NCBI GenBank assembly: GCA_015063795.1
Contig: SVTL01000001.1
Span: 111,614 to 175,613 of the forward strand
Direction: 5' to 3'
DNA length: 64,000 nt
DNA from: Oscillospiraceae bacterium
GTDB lineage: Bacteria; Bacillota; Clostridia; Oscillospirales; CAG-272
In this document: positions 1 to 8,365 of the stretch, piece by piece
Layout of the letters: every line of letters starts with the position of its first letter
Numbering within the stretch: position 1 is the stretch's first letter
Position numbers and translations under genes: made by a program
The notes under the pieces: model-generated
The model's database searches: none
The model's input: the letters and a program-made list of their open reading frames with translations, nothing else
Told to the model about the DNA's origin: nothing

Positions 1-1939
1 CATTCTTGACGACGGTGGTACCGCCGATGGTCAGGTGTGTGTCGCCGGTGAGAGAGCCGCGGGGCAGATCACGGTCACCGTTGAAGGAGTTCATGTTGTA
101 TGAGCCGCCGCAGACCTGATTGAATGTACCGCTGAGAACGGTCAGGTCGGTGTCGTATTCCTCGATCTTGTAGCGTTCGCCTCCCACGATGGTGGGATAA
201 TGGTCGGCGTAGGATGCATTGGAGGCATCGTAGGGCTCGCAAATGACACCCTCGGAAAAGACGGTCTTATAGCCGCTGCAGGTGATGATGCGGCCGGTGC
301 CCTTGGTGACCAGCTTCATGTTGGTCCATTCGGTCTCACCGCCCATGACCAGCTGAGAGGGACGCTCAAGGATGATGCGCGCTCCGTTGGTGAGGCGGTA
401 GTCCACGCCGTCCCAGACGCTGGTGACCGTGATCTTGCGGTCGCCATGGGTGGGCAGAACATAGTTGCGGCTGCCGGTGGCGGTGTCCTGCACGATGTCC
501 TTGTGAAGGTTGATCTCACCGCAGATGACGATGGTGCCGCCCGTATCCTTCAGCTCATAGAAGGCCTGATAGAGGGGTGTTTCGGTGTAGATGGGCATGA
601 AGATGTTGCTGCCCGATTTCACTCCGCCTGCCGGTTCGACGATGCCTGTTGTGACCGCCAGAGGCGAGGAGGCAGAGGAGCCGTCGCCTTTTCCGCCGTC
701 GCGCACGAAAATGACGCGCTCTTCGCCCGGGGCATAGACCTGCTTGAAGCCGAGAGAAGCGCTTTCGCTTGCGATGGCAAAGAGGGGGCGGGTGGTGGAG
801 TCGGGCTGGGTGACGCCGTTGAGGATCTTGGCTGTATACTCAGCGGCGGGATAATCCTGGAAGCTGATGACCGAGGAGGAGGGAGGAGCGATGGCGCTGT
901 TGCCGTTGGTGGTGAAGAAGCCGAGACGGTCGGCGGGAAGCTTGGTGAAATCGCCACCGCTGACGTTCACATACAGCTTGGAGCCCTCGGCAAAGCCCTT
1001 GGGACCGCAGCCACAGATCGTCTGATAGAAAGTACCGCCCTCGATGCGGATGCTGATATCGCCCGAGACCAGGCTTTCTGCGCCCGTTGAAGTACCGGTG
1101 ATCCTGTCGAGGAAGGTGCCGCCGGCGATGGTCAGAGACACGTTGCCGTTCAAATTGCCGTAGCCGGTGCTTCCGATGCCGTAGTCGGCACCGTTGACGC
1201 GGTAATAGGTACCGCTGCGGATGGTCAGGTCGGTGTCCCCGGTCATGTTGGCATAGCGGTTGGAGCCGACGATGAAGGGGAAGGCAGAGGCGTTTTCTGC
1301 GGTGGGGGCAAGCTCGTTTCCGCTTGCGGCATCGGAGACCGTGCAGAGAATGCCGTCGCCGAGCGTCAGCGGATAGCAGTTGGCACCGATGACCGCTCCT
1401 TTTTTACAGGAGGCGAATGCCGATGCGCTGTCCACAATGGTGGCGATGGTCAGGTTTTCGATCAGAACGGAGGCAGAAAAGTGGAGATTGATCGGGCAGG
1501 CAGCGCGGTTAAGCACCAGCTTGGCGCCGTTTTTTACGCGGAAATCGGTGTCGTCGGTCGGGTCAACGGAGGTGATGGTGACCGAATACCGCTCGTCCAT
1601 TTTCGGCAGATTCATGTCCGATGACGCATTGGCAGGAACATTTCCGGTATGACCGGCCGAGAGCGTGACCGTGCCGCAGAGGACGATCTTGCCGCCGGTT
1701 TCCTTCACCAGCTCAAAAGCCCGATAGAGCGCGCTTTCTTTATAAGCGGAATTGCTGCCGTTTTCATAGCCCGCGCCGTTGCCCAACGGGGAAGCGGGGG
1801 AGGAGCCGTCGCCATTTCCGTTGTCGGAGATGTACACGGTCTGACGGATGGGCTGATCGCCCGCAACAGCAAAGAGGAGCGGCATGGCAATGAGACAAGC
1901 CATGACGAAAGTAAGTAGCTTCAGGACGGTGTGTTTCAT
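1..1939 (-). CDS. Exported double beta-helix-module paralog of the array family. Only the 5' part is present; the ORF runs off the left edge.
   Basis: It is absent from the ORF track because there is no in-window stop. Manual reverse translation from the ATG at 1939-1937 (AAAGGA upstream) gives MKHTVLKLLTFVMACLIAMPLLFAVAGDQ, a signal peptide. Two copies of the family N-terminal module follow: VYISDNGNGDGSSPASPL...ETGGKIVLCG and VIFVRDGGKGDGSSASSPL...DTGGTIVICGE. The frame stays open to position 2. Confidence 0.8.
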   Translation of the reverse strand, partial: MKHTVLKLLTFVMACLIAMPLLFAVAGDQPIRQTVYISDNGNGDGSSPASPLGNGAGYENGSNSAYKESALYRAFELVKETGGKIVLCGTVTLSAGHTGNVPANASSDMNLPKMDERYSVTITSVDPTDDTDFRVKNGAKLVLNRAACPINLHFSASVLIENLTIATIVDSASAFASCKKGAVIGANCYPLTLGDGILCTVSDAASGNELAPTAENASAFPFIVGSNRYANMTGDTDLTIRSGTYYRVNGADYGIGSTGYGNLNGNVSLTIAGGTFLDRITGTSTGAESLVSGDISIRIEGGTFYQTICGCGPKGFAEGSKLYVNVSGGDFTKLPADRLGFFTTNGNSAIAPPSSSVISFQDYPAAEYTAKILNGVTQPDSTTRPLFAIASESASLGFKQVYAPGEERVIFVRDGGKGDGSSASSPLAVTTGIVEPAGGVKSGSNIFMPIYTETPLYQAFYELKDTGGTIVICGEINLHKDIVQDTATGSRNYVLPTHGDRKITVTSVWDGVDYRLTNGARIILERPSQLVMGGETEWTNMKLVTKGTGRIITCSGYKTVFSEGVICEPYDASNASYADHYPTIVGGERYKIEEYDTDLTVLSGTFNQVCGGSYNMNSFNGDRDLPRGSLTGDTHLTIGGTTVVKN

Positions 1940-1982
1940 GTTCTCTACATCCTTTTTGTGTGTTAAGTGTGACTTTGGTTTC

Positions 1983-2012
1983 ATTATACAGCAAAGCGGT
2001 GACGATTGGCAA
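1983..2012 (-). promoter_or_regulatory. Sigma-A-like promoter for the partial paralog
   Basis: On the minus strand it reads TTGCCA-N18-TATAAT, about 45 nt upstream of the ATG at 1939. Confidence 0.45.
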
Positions 2013-2138
2013 GATGTTGTGTGGCATTCTTTCAAAAATAATGTATCTTTTCTCCGTTTTTTTACGATGCTACCCAAAATCCGATGTATTTTTTATGAAA
2101 AAAGGAGGTCTGTGTATGAGCTTCCGATGCGGAAGCGG

Positions 2139-2175
2139 AAAAAAGAGAGACCGCCTTTGGATGGGCAGTCCCTCT
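2139..2175 (-). terminator. Rho-independent terminator of the 971-aa paralog
   Basis: The minus-strand RNA forms AGAGGGACUGCC / GGCGGUCUCUCU, a 12-bp stem with 2 G-U pairs, followed by a U-run. It lies 13 nt after the stop at 2188. Confidence 0.6.
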
Positions 2176-2187
2176 GTATGGTGTTGC

Positions 2188-5103
2188 TTATTTGGTGAAA
2201 TCGAAGGAAACGCAGGTGGGCTTTTCCTCGGCGTAGGCGACCTCCAACTGGTAGTGGTACTTGCCGGAAGAGAGCTTGGCGACGGTATTGCTTGGATCGA
2301 GTCGGCGGAGGTCGTAGAACAGGGTTGTGAAGGGGAAGCCCTGAAGCTTGATGACCTCCTTGCCCGTGCTGTCGGTGATGGTAACGCAGACCTCGTGGAT
2401 CTGGTAGTTGGAATGGATCTTGCCGGACAGACCGTTTGCGATGTTGTCGGGCGTGTTGCGCTCGCGGACGGTCATATAGGGAGTGGCGAAATAACCGCTT
2501 TCAAAGCCCTTGAGACGGATGGGGATGTATTTGTGGCTGGCTGTGGTGAAGTTGCAGAGGTTCTTGAAGAGGTATTTGGCTTTGAACTTCCATGTGGTGA
2601 AGGTTTTCTTGTTCATGGTCGCCTGCTGCTCGGTCAGGAGCATATAGCTCTTTTCGGAGTCGATCTCGCCGTTTTTGTAGACCACATGGACCGAATCGAC
2701 AATGCGGATGTGACCGAGAATATGACCGTTGGGGGATTCCCATGTGGAGACCATAAAGTCCCCCTTTTTGGCATGCGTATAGGCTTCGTAAACATTTTCC
2801 AGACGTTCGGCATTGGTCGAGCCCTGCTGCTGTACGATCTCCTGCGTCATTTGGGTGCAGGGGTGGACCGAGTAACCGCCGACAGCCTTGTAATAGGGCT
2901 GAGTGTCCTTGGGCAGGGAATAGTGGATGGAATAGCCGGCGGGGTAATTGTGCTCATTGGTTACCGTCTGCAGGGCGCGCATGACCGCTGTTGAGCATTG
3001 GCTTCCGAACATGGTGTGCCAGCCGTTGGGACCGTTGTAGGTACCGCCGTCGGGGCAGATGGACAGCCACTGAGACAGATTGACCTCTCCGTTGTTTCCG
3101 GCAACGTAGGGAATGCCGGTGTAAGTGACGCCCTTGGTGTATTGCAGATTTTGTGTGAACTGCGTTTCATCCTTAAAGTCCATATCCGCGTTACAAACCC
3201 ACTTGACCGAGCCCATCGCTTTCATGTTGGACAGCAGTTTGTCGATTTTGCTGTCGATCAGGGCTTTGTCAGGTGTAGAGACCGTGGCGGAGAGGACGTT
3301 TTCGCTCAGCTTGGCTTTCTTCGCGGCAGGCTCACGGGAATTGACGGCACAGGCCGCGTTGGCGACTCCTCGGACGCTTCTCTCAATGGTGTCGGAATAG
3401 ACGGTGTATTCCTTTCCGCTGTAGGTGAGCTTCATGTAGGCAAAGGCGGTGAAGGGAAGGTCATATTCTTCTACGGGGATGCTTGTCACATCACCTGCAA
3501 AATAGAGGAAACCGCCTTGTTCGGTCAGAGAGGTGCCGGTGGCATCGATGACCGCAGCGCCGGGCATATCCAGCGATTTTTCGCTGTAAAACTCGGTGGG
3601 CTGAATGACAAAGCCGTATTCGGTGACGGTGACGCCGCTGACATCCCCGCCAAGCCGTCCGACAAAGCGGAGCGTCTGCCTTTCAGCGTCGGTGCGGATC
3701 TGCGCGCCCATGATGTCTAAAGAGGGGGCATCGGAAACGGTGATGCGGCTGCGCCCGACGTAGGTGGAGCCGTAATAGATATCGATTGATTTGCTTCCTG
3801 CGGTGAGAGGCTGATCGAGGGCAGGTTGGAATTGGAAATGGGGATTGTCAGGCGTATAGTCGATCACGGACGCAATGCCGTTTGATGTGAGTGTGAAGCG
3901 CAGGCCGGCGGGATCAAAGCGTTCACCGGTAAAGTACTGCGTCTTGGTCGGCAGAGTGACCTCGGACACCTTGGCGGACTTGGCCGCAGGCAGAATGATC
4001 TGTGTGAAATTCGCAGCCTTGGATGCCAGCGATATGGCGAGAGCTGCGGAGCAGTCGGACAGGTCGAGAACAGACAGAGCGGGATTGTAACGGATGCGCG
4101 TTTCGGTGTTGGCCTCCAGCTTTTTTGCCTTGCCGAGGATTTCGGAAGAATGGATGGTACCGCCGCGGATGGTCAGTCTGAAAGCGGAATGAGCAAAGCC
4201 GAAGCCGCTGCCGCCTGTGGCATAGATGTTGCCGTGAATGGTACCGCCGTTGATGGTGATCGAAGAATCGCCTGACAGCAGGGGAGTGGCGCGGTGCGTG
4301 GTGCCGTAAACACTGCCCATCACGGTGGTACTGCCGCCGATGACAAGGTGAGGATTGCCCTGCAGATTGCCGTAGGCGTTGTTGTTGATGCCGAAGGTGC
4401 CGGCGTCGATGCAGTTGTAGGTGCCGCTGTTGACCGTAACGGTAAAATCGCCGTCGCGGCGGGCAAGATTCTGGTAACGGTTGCCGCCGCTGATGTGGGG
4501 ATAATGGGAAGCGGAAGGAGAAGCCATTGCGGTCCCGTCGGAATTGAGGGGGATACAGGCAACGCCGCTGTCCATGGTCAGATCGTAGCAGTTGGCGGCG
4601 ATCAGGCGGTCTGTGCCGATCGTACCGATGTCGATGTCACGGAAGATGGTGGGACCGCCGGATGCAAAGGTAGCGGAGCCCTTGAAGATCAGACGGGCGC
4701 CGTTGGTTTTGCGGTAGTCCACGCCGTCCCAAACGCTGGTGAAGGTGATGACAGCGTCGGGATGAGCGGGCATGATGAAATCTTCGAAGACGAAATTGTT
4801 TCCCTGGACCTTGTTGTCATCGATCATGATCTCACCGCAGATGACGATGGTTCCGCCGCTGTACTGAAGACGGTGCGCGGCCTGATACAGCGGCGAGAGA
4901 TATTGATACGAAACGCTGACCGCTTTTTCGTTGATGTAGTAGTCTACTGTAGACAAAGGGCTGTCGGCAGAGGAGCCGTCTCCCTTGCCGCCGTCCATGA
5001 CAAACAGAACGGGAGTGTCCTCGGCGGAGACAGAAAAAGCAAACGGGATCGCCAAAAGGATCGTCAGAACAACCATCGGGAGAAAGCGGAAAAAGAGCTT
5101 CAT
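2188..5103 (-). CDS. Exported beta-helix-like protein with a C-terminal Cys/His hydrolase-like module (array family, single-module class)
   Basis: This is a 971-aa ORF with the signal peptide MKLFFRFLPMVVLTILLAIPFAFSVSAED. It carries the DGGKGDGSSADSPL...GGTIVICGE module with Gly-rich strand repeats. A Big_3-like segment follows (KTQYFTGERFDPAGLRF). The C-terminal motifs are GSQCSTAV (Cys codon 2995-2997), GHIRIV (His codon 2710-2712) and LTEQQ. Confidence 0.85.
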   Translation of the reverse strand: MKLFFRFLPMVVLTILLAIPFAFSVSAEDTPVLFVMDGGKGDGSSADSPLSTVDYYINEKAVSVSYQYLSPLYQAAHRLQYSGGTIVICGEIMIDDNKVQGNNFVFEDFIMPAHPDAVITFTSVWDGVDYRKTNGARLIFKGSATFASGGPTIFRDIDIGTIGTDRLIAANCYDLTMDSGVACIPLNSDGTAMASPSASHYPHISGGNRYQNLARRDGDFTVTVNSGTYNCIDAGTFGINNNAYGNLQGNPHLVIGGSTTVMGSVYGTTHRATPLLSGDSSITINGGTIHGNIYATGGSGFGFAHSAFRLTIRGGTIHSSEILGKAKKLEANTETRIRYNPALSVLDLSDCSAALAISLASKAANFTQIILPAAKSAKVSEVTLPTKTQYFTGERFDPAGLRFTLTSNGIASVIDYTPDNPHFQFQPALDQPLTAGSKSIDIYYGSTYVGRSRITVSDAPSLDIMGAQIRTDAERQTLRFVGRLGGDVSGVTVTEYGFVIQPTEFYSEKSLDMPGAAVIDATGTSLTEQGGFLYFAGDVTSIPVEEYDLPFTAFAYMKLTYSGKEYTVYSDTIERSVRGVANAACAVNSREPAAKKAKLSENVLSATVSTPDKALIDSKIDKLLSNMKAMGSVKWVCNADMDFKDETQFTQNLQYTKGVTYTGIPYVAGNNGEVNLSQWLSICPDGGTYNGPNGWHTMFGSQCSTAVMRALQTVTNEHNYPAGYSIHYSLPKDTQPYYKAVGGYSVHPCTQMTQEIVQQQGSTNAERLENVYEAYTHAKKGDFMVSTWESPNGHILGHIRIVDSVHVVYKNGEIDSEKSYMLLTEQQATMNKKTFTTWKFKAKYLFKNLCNFTTASHKYIPIRLKGFESGYFATPYMTVRERNTPDNIANGLSGKIHSNYQIHEVCVTITDSTGKEVIKLQGFPFTTLFYDLRRLDPSNTVAKLSSGKYHYQLEVAYAEEKPTCVSFDFTK

Positions 5104-5166
5104 AAGCGTTTGTACTCCTTGTGCGATTTTGAGTGTATCGATGGAAAATGTACGGTATCTATGTCC

Positions 5167-5195
5167 AGTTTACACGGTTTTGGATTGTTTTTCAA
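5167..5195 (-). promoter_or_regulatory. Sigma-A-like promoter of the 971-aa paralog
   Basis: On the minus strand it reads TTGAAA-N17-TAAACT. The TAAACTG -10 block recurs upstream of three other paralogs. Confidence 0.45.
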
Positions 5196-5225
5196 GGATA
5201 ATACGGAAATTTTTCAATGTTTTTT

Positions 5226-5263
5226 ACAAAAAGAGAGACCGCCTTTGGAAGGGCAGTCTCTCT
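5226..5263 (-). terminator. Rho-independent terminator of the 974-aa paralog
   Basis: Plus-strand AGAGAGACCGCC-tttggaag-GGCAGTCTCTCT forms a 12-bp stem with one G-U pair on the minus-strand RNA, followed by a U-run. Confidence 0.7.
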
Positions 5264-5272
5264 GTCGGGGAT

Positions 5273-8197
5273 TTATTTGGTGAAATCGAAGGAAACGCAG
5301 GTGGGCTTTTCCTCGGCATAGGCGACTTCCAGCTCATAGTGATAGCTGCCTGCGGGAAGCTTGGCAACCGTGCCGTTCAGATCAAGGCAACGAATATCGT
5401 AATACATGATCGTGAAGGGGAAGTCCTGAAGCTTAATAACTTCCTTGCCTGTGCTGTCGGTGATGGTGACGCGGACCTCATGAATCTGGTAATTGGAGTA
5501 GATCTTGCCGGACAGACCGTTTGCGATGTTGTCAGGCGTGTTGCGCTCGCGGACGGTCATGTAAGGCGTTTCAAAGTAGCCGGTGGTGAAGTCCTTGAGG
5601 CGGATGGGGATATACTTGGCGCTGGTCGATGTGCTGCAGAGCTGGTTGAATTTATACTTCTTTTCAAAGCGCCAGGTGGTGTGATTGGTTTTGTCCATCG
5701 ACGACTGCTGCTCGGTCAGGAGCATATAGCTTGCGGCGGGATCGATCTTGCCGTCCTTGTAGACCACATGGACCGAGTCGACGATGCGGATGTGACCGAG
5801 GGTATTGCCGGCGCTGTGAATCCAGGTGGAGACCATGAAGTCGCCCTTCTTGGCGTGGGTGTAGGCTTCATAGATGGCGTTGAAGCGCTCGGCGTTGGTC
5901 GAGCCCTGCTGCTCCACGACCTCCTGCGTCAGCATGGTGCAGGGATGAACGGTGTAGCCGCCCACGGCGTCGTAATAAGGATGTGTCGCCTTGGGCAGGG
6001 AATAGTTGATGGAATAGCCGTAGAAGTATTTGTGGGTGTTGGTGACCGACTGCATGGCGCGGACCACCGAGGAGGAGCACTGGTTGCCGGGCATGGTGTT
6101 CCAGCCGGTGGGGCCGTTGAACGAGCCGCCGTCGGGGCAGATGGACAGCCACTGAGCCAGGCTGATGTTGCCGTTGCTTCCGGCGATGTAGGGAACACCG
6201 GTGTAGGTAACGCCCTTGGTATACTGCAGGCTGCCGGTGAACTGGGAGTCATCCTTGAAGTCCATGTCGGCGTTACAGAGCCACTTGACTGAGCCCATGG
6301 TTCTCATGTTTTCCAGCATCTGCTCTACCTTGCTGTCGATCAATGTCTGGTCGGGAGTCGAGACGGTGGCCGAGAGGACATTTTCGGTCAGCTGTGTTTT
6401 CTTCTCGGCAGGCTCTTTGGAAGCATCCGCACAGGCTGCCTCAGCCACGCCGCGGACACTTCTTTCGATGGTATCCGAATAGACGGTGTAGTCGCTTCCG
6501 TTGTAAGAAACGGTCATGTAAGCGAAGGCGGTGAAGGCGCGGTCGTATTCTTCAACGGGGATGTTCGTCACATCACCGGCAAAATAGAGGTTGCCGGCCA
6601 TTTTGGTCAGAGAGGTGCCGGTGGCGTTGATGACGGTGGCACCCGGCATATCCAGCGATTTTTCGCTGAAGAATTCGGTGGGCTGAACCACGATGCCGTA
6701 AGACTTGACGGTGACACCGTTGACGTCATCGCCAAGGCATCCGACAAAGCGGAGAGTCTGTCTTTCGCTGTTGGTACGGATCTGTGCGCCCATGATGTCC
6801 AAAGAGGGCGCGTTGGAAACAGTAATGCGGCTGCGGCCTACATAGGTGGATCCGTAGTAAACATCGATCGATTTGCTGCCGGCGGTGAGGGGCTGATCGA
6901 TGGCGGGATAGAATTGGAAGTGGCTGTTGTCGGCGGTGTAGTCGATTACGGACTTGACGGTGCCGGAGGTAAGCGTAAAGCGCAGACCGGCAGGATCATA
7001 GGTCTCGCCGACAAAATACTGTGTTTTGGCAGGGAACGTGACGTCGGATGCCTTGGCCGATTTGGCGGCAGGCAGGATGATCTGCGTGAAATCCTTGGCT
7101 TTGGCGGCCAGAGCAGCAGCCGTTGCGGAGGAGCAGTCAGACAGATCAAGGATGGATTCGGCGGGATTGCAGTGCTTGACGGTGTCGGTGCTGGGGGAAA
7201 GAGATGCCGCTTTTCCCTCAAGGGCCGAGGGCGAGATCGAACTGGTGTTGATCTTCAGCGTAAAGGTGGCGTTGGGAACGCCGAAGCCGCCTTTGCCCGT
7301 AGCGTAGATCTTACCGCCGATGGAACCGCCGTTGATGGTGATGGTCGAATCGCCGGCCAGAAAAGAGACCTCGCGGTGGGAGGCGCCGCAGACATCGCCG
7401 AGAACCTTTGTTGTTCCGTTGATGATGAGGTTTGCGTTGCCGTAGATACGGCCGTAGGAGTCGTTGGAGCCGGATCCGAAGCCGTAGGAAGCGGCATTGA
7501 TGCGCTGGTAGGTACCGCTGTTGACCGTCAGGGTATAATCACCCTCGCGGCGTTGCAGGTTTTTATAGCGGTGACCGCCGACCAGAACGGGATAGCGGTT
7601 GGTTGCGGGGGAGGGGATAATGTTCTTGTTATCGTCAAGGGGAATGCAGGCAACGCCGTCATCCATGATCAGATCATAGCCGGAGCCGGCGACGATACGG
7701 TCGGTGCCCATGGTGCATATGTTGATGTCACGGAAGGTGAGCGGACCGCCGCTCATGAATTCGGCAGGCGTTTTGAGAATGAGACGGGCGCCGGATTTAC
7801 GGTAGTCCACGCCGTTGTAGACGCTGGTGATGGTGATGTGAGAATCGGGATGGTCGGGCATGAAAAAGTCTTCGGTGGTGTTGCTGTTGCCCTGAACATT
7901 GTTTTCATCCAGCAGGATCTCGCCGCAGATGACGATGGTGCCGCCGCTGTACTGCAGACGGTGTGCTGCCTGATAGAGTGCGGACTTAAAGTGCAGAGAG
8001 GTGCTGGCAACGGTCTGATCGATGTAATACTCTACCGTTGACAGAGGGCTGTCGGCCGAAGAACCGTCGCCCTTGCCGCCATCTTTAATAAAAATGACGG
8101 GGGCTTCCTCCGCAGATGCGGACAGTGCAAACGGAACGGCCAGAACGACTGCCAGAAGTGCGATCAGAAGAGAACGGGAAAAGGTTTTCATAGGCAT
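5273..8197 (-). CDS. Exported beta-helix-like protein with a C-terminal Cys/His module (array family)
   Basis: This is a 974-aa ORF with the signal peptide MPMKTFSRSLLIALLAVVLAVPFALSASAEE and a GGAG RBS 5 nt upstream. Its domain order matches 2188..5103. The C-terminal motifs are GNQCSSSV, GHIRIV and LTEQQ. Confidence 0.85.
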   Translation of the reverse strand: MPMKTFSRSLLIALLAVVLAVPFALSASAEEAPVIFIKDGGKGDGSSADSPLSTVEYYIDQTVASTSLHFKSALYQAAHRLQYSGGTIVICGEILLDENNVQGNSNTTEDFFMPDHPDSHITITSVYNGVDYRKSGARLILKTPAEFMSGGPLTFRDINICTMGTDRIVAGSGYDLIMDDGVACIPLDDNKNIIPSPATNRYPVLVGGHRYKNLQRREGDYTLTVNSGTYQRINAASYGFGSGSNDSYGRIYGNANLIINGTTKVLGDVCGASHREVSFLAGDSTITINGGSIGGKIYATGKGGFGVPNATFTLKINTSSISPSALEGKAASLSPSTDTVKHCNPAESILDLSDCSSATAAALAAKAKDFTQIILPAAKSAKASDVTFPAKTQYFVGETYDPAGLRFTLTSGTVKSVIDYTADNSHFQFYPAIDQPLTAGSKSIDVYYGSTYVGRSRITVSNAPSLDIMGAQIRTNSERQTLRFVGCLGDDVNGVTVKSYGIVVQPTEFFSEKSLDMPGATVINATGTSLTKMAGNLYFAGDVTNIPVEEYDRAFTAFAYMTVSYNGSDYTVYSDTIERSVRGVAEAACADASKEPAEKKTQLTENVLSATVSTPDQTLIDSKVEQMLENMRTMGSVKWLCNADMDFKDDSQFTGSLQYTKGVTYTGVPYIAGSNGNISLAQWLSICPDGGSFNGPTGWNTMPGNQCSSSVVRAMQSVTNTHKYFYGYSINYSLPKATHPYYDAVGGYTVHPCTMLTQEVVEQQGSTNAERFNAIYEAYTHAKKGDFMVSTWIHSAGNTLGHIRIVDSVHVVYKDGKIDPAASYMLLTEQQSSMDKTNHTTWRFEKKYKFNQLCSTSTSAKYIPIRLKDFTTGYFETPYMTVRERNTPDNIANGLSGKIYSNYQIHEVRVTITDSTGKEVIKLQDFPFTIMYYDIRCLDLNGTVAKLPAGSYHYELEVAYAEEKPTCVSFDFTK

Positions 8198-8256
8198 AGG
8201 TACTCCTTTTGAGAATCGGAGCGGATCGATGAAAAAACATCACCGCGTATAGAAAC

Positions 8257-8285
8257 AGTTTACCATTTATTCGAATCTTTCGCAA
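8257..8285 (-). promoter_or_regulatory. Sigma-A-like promoter of the 974-aa paralog
   Basis: On the minus strand it reads TTGCGA-N17-TAAACT with TG upstream of the -10. The conserved leader containing ATCGATCCGCTC follows. Confidence 0.45.
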
Positions 8286-8315
8286 TAAAAATGCGGAAAG
8301 TTTACAATCTATTCA

Positions 8316-8353
8316 ACAAAAAAGAGAGACCGCCGTTCAAAGGCAGTCTCTCT
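8316..8353 (-). terminator. Rho-independent terminator of the 998-aa paralog
   Basis: It has the same AGAGAGACCGCC / GGCAGTCTCTCT hairpin as 5226..5263, plus a U-run on the minus strand. Confidence 0.7.
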
Positions 8354-8365
8354 CAAAAACAGGTC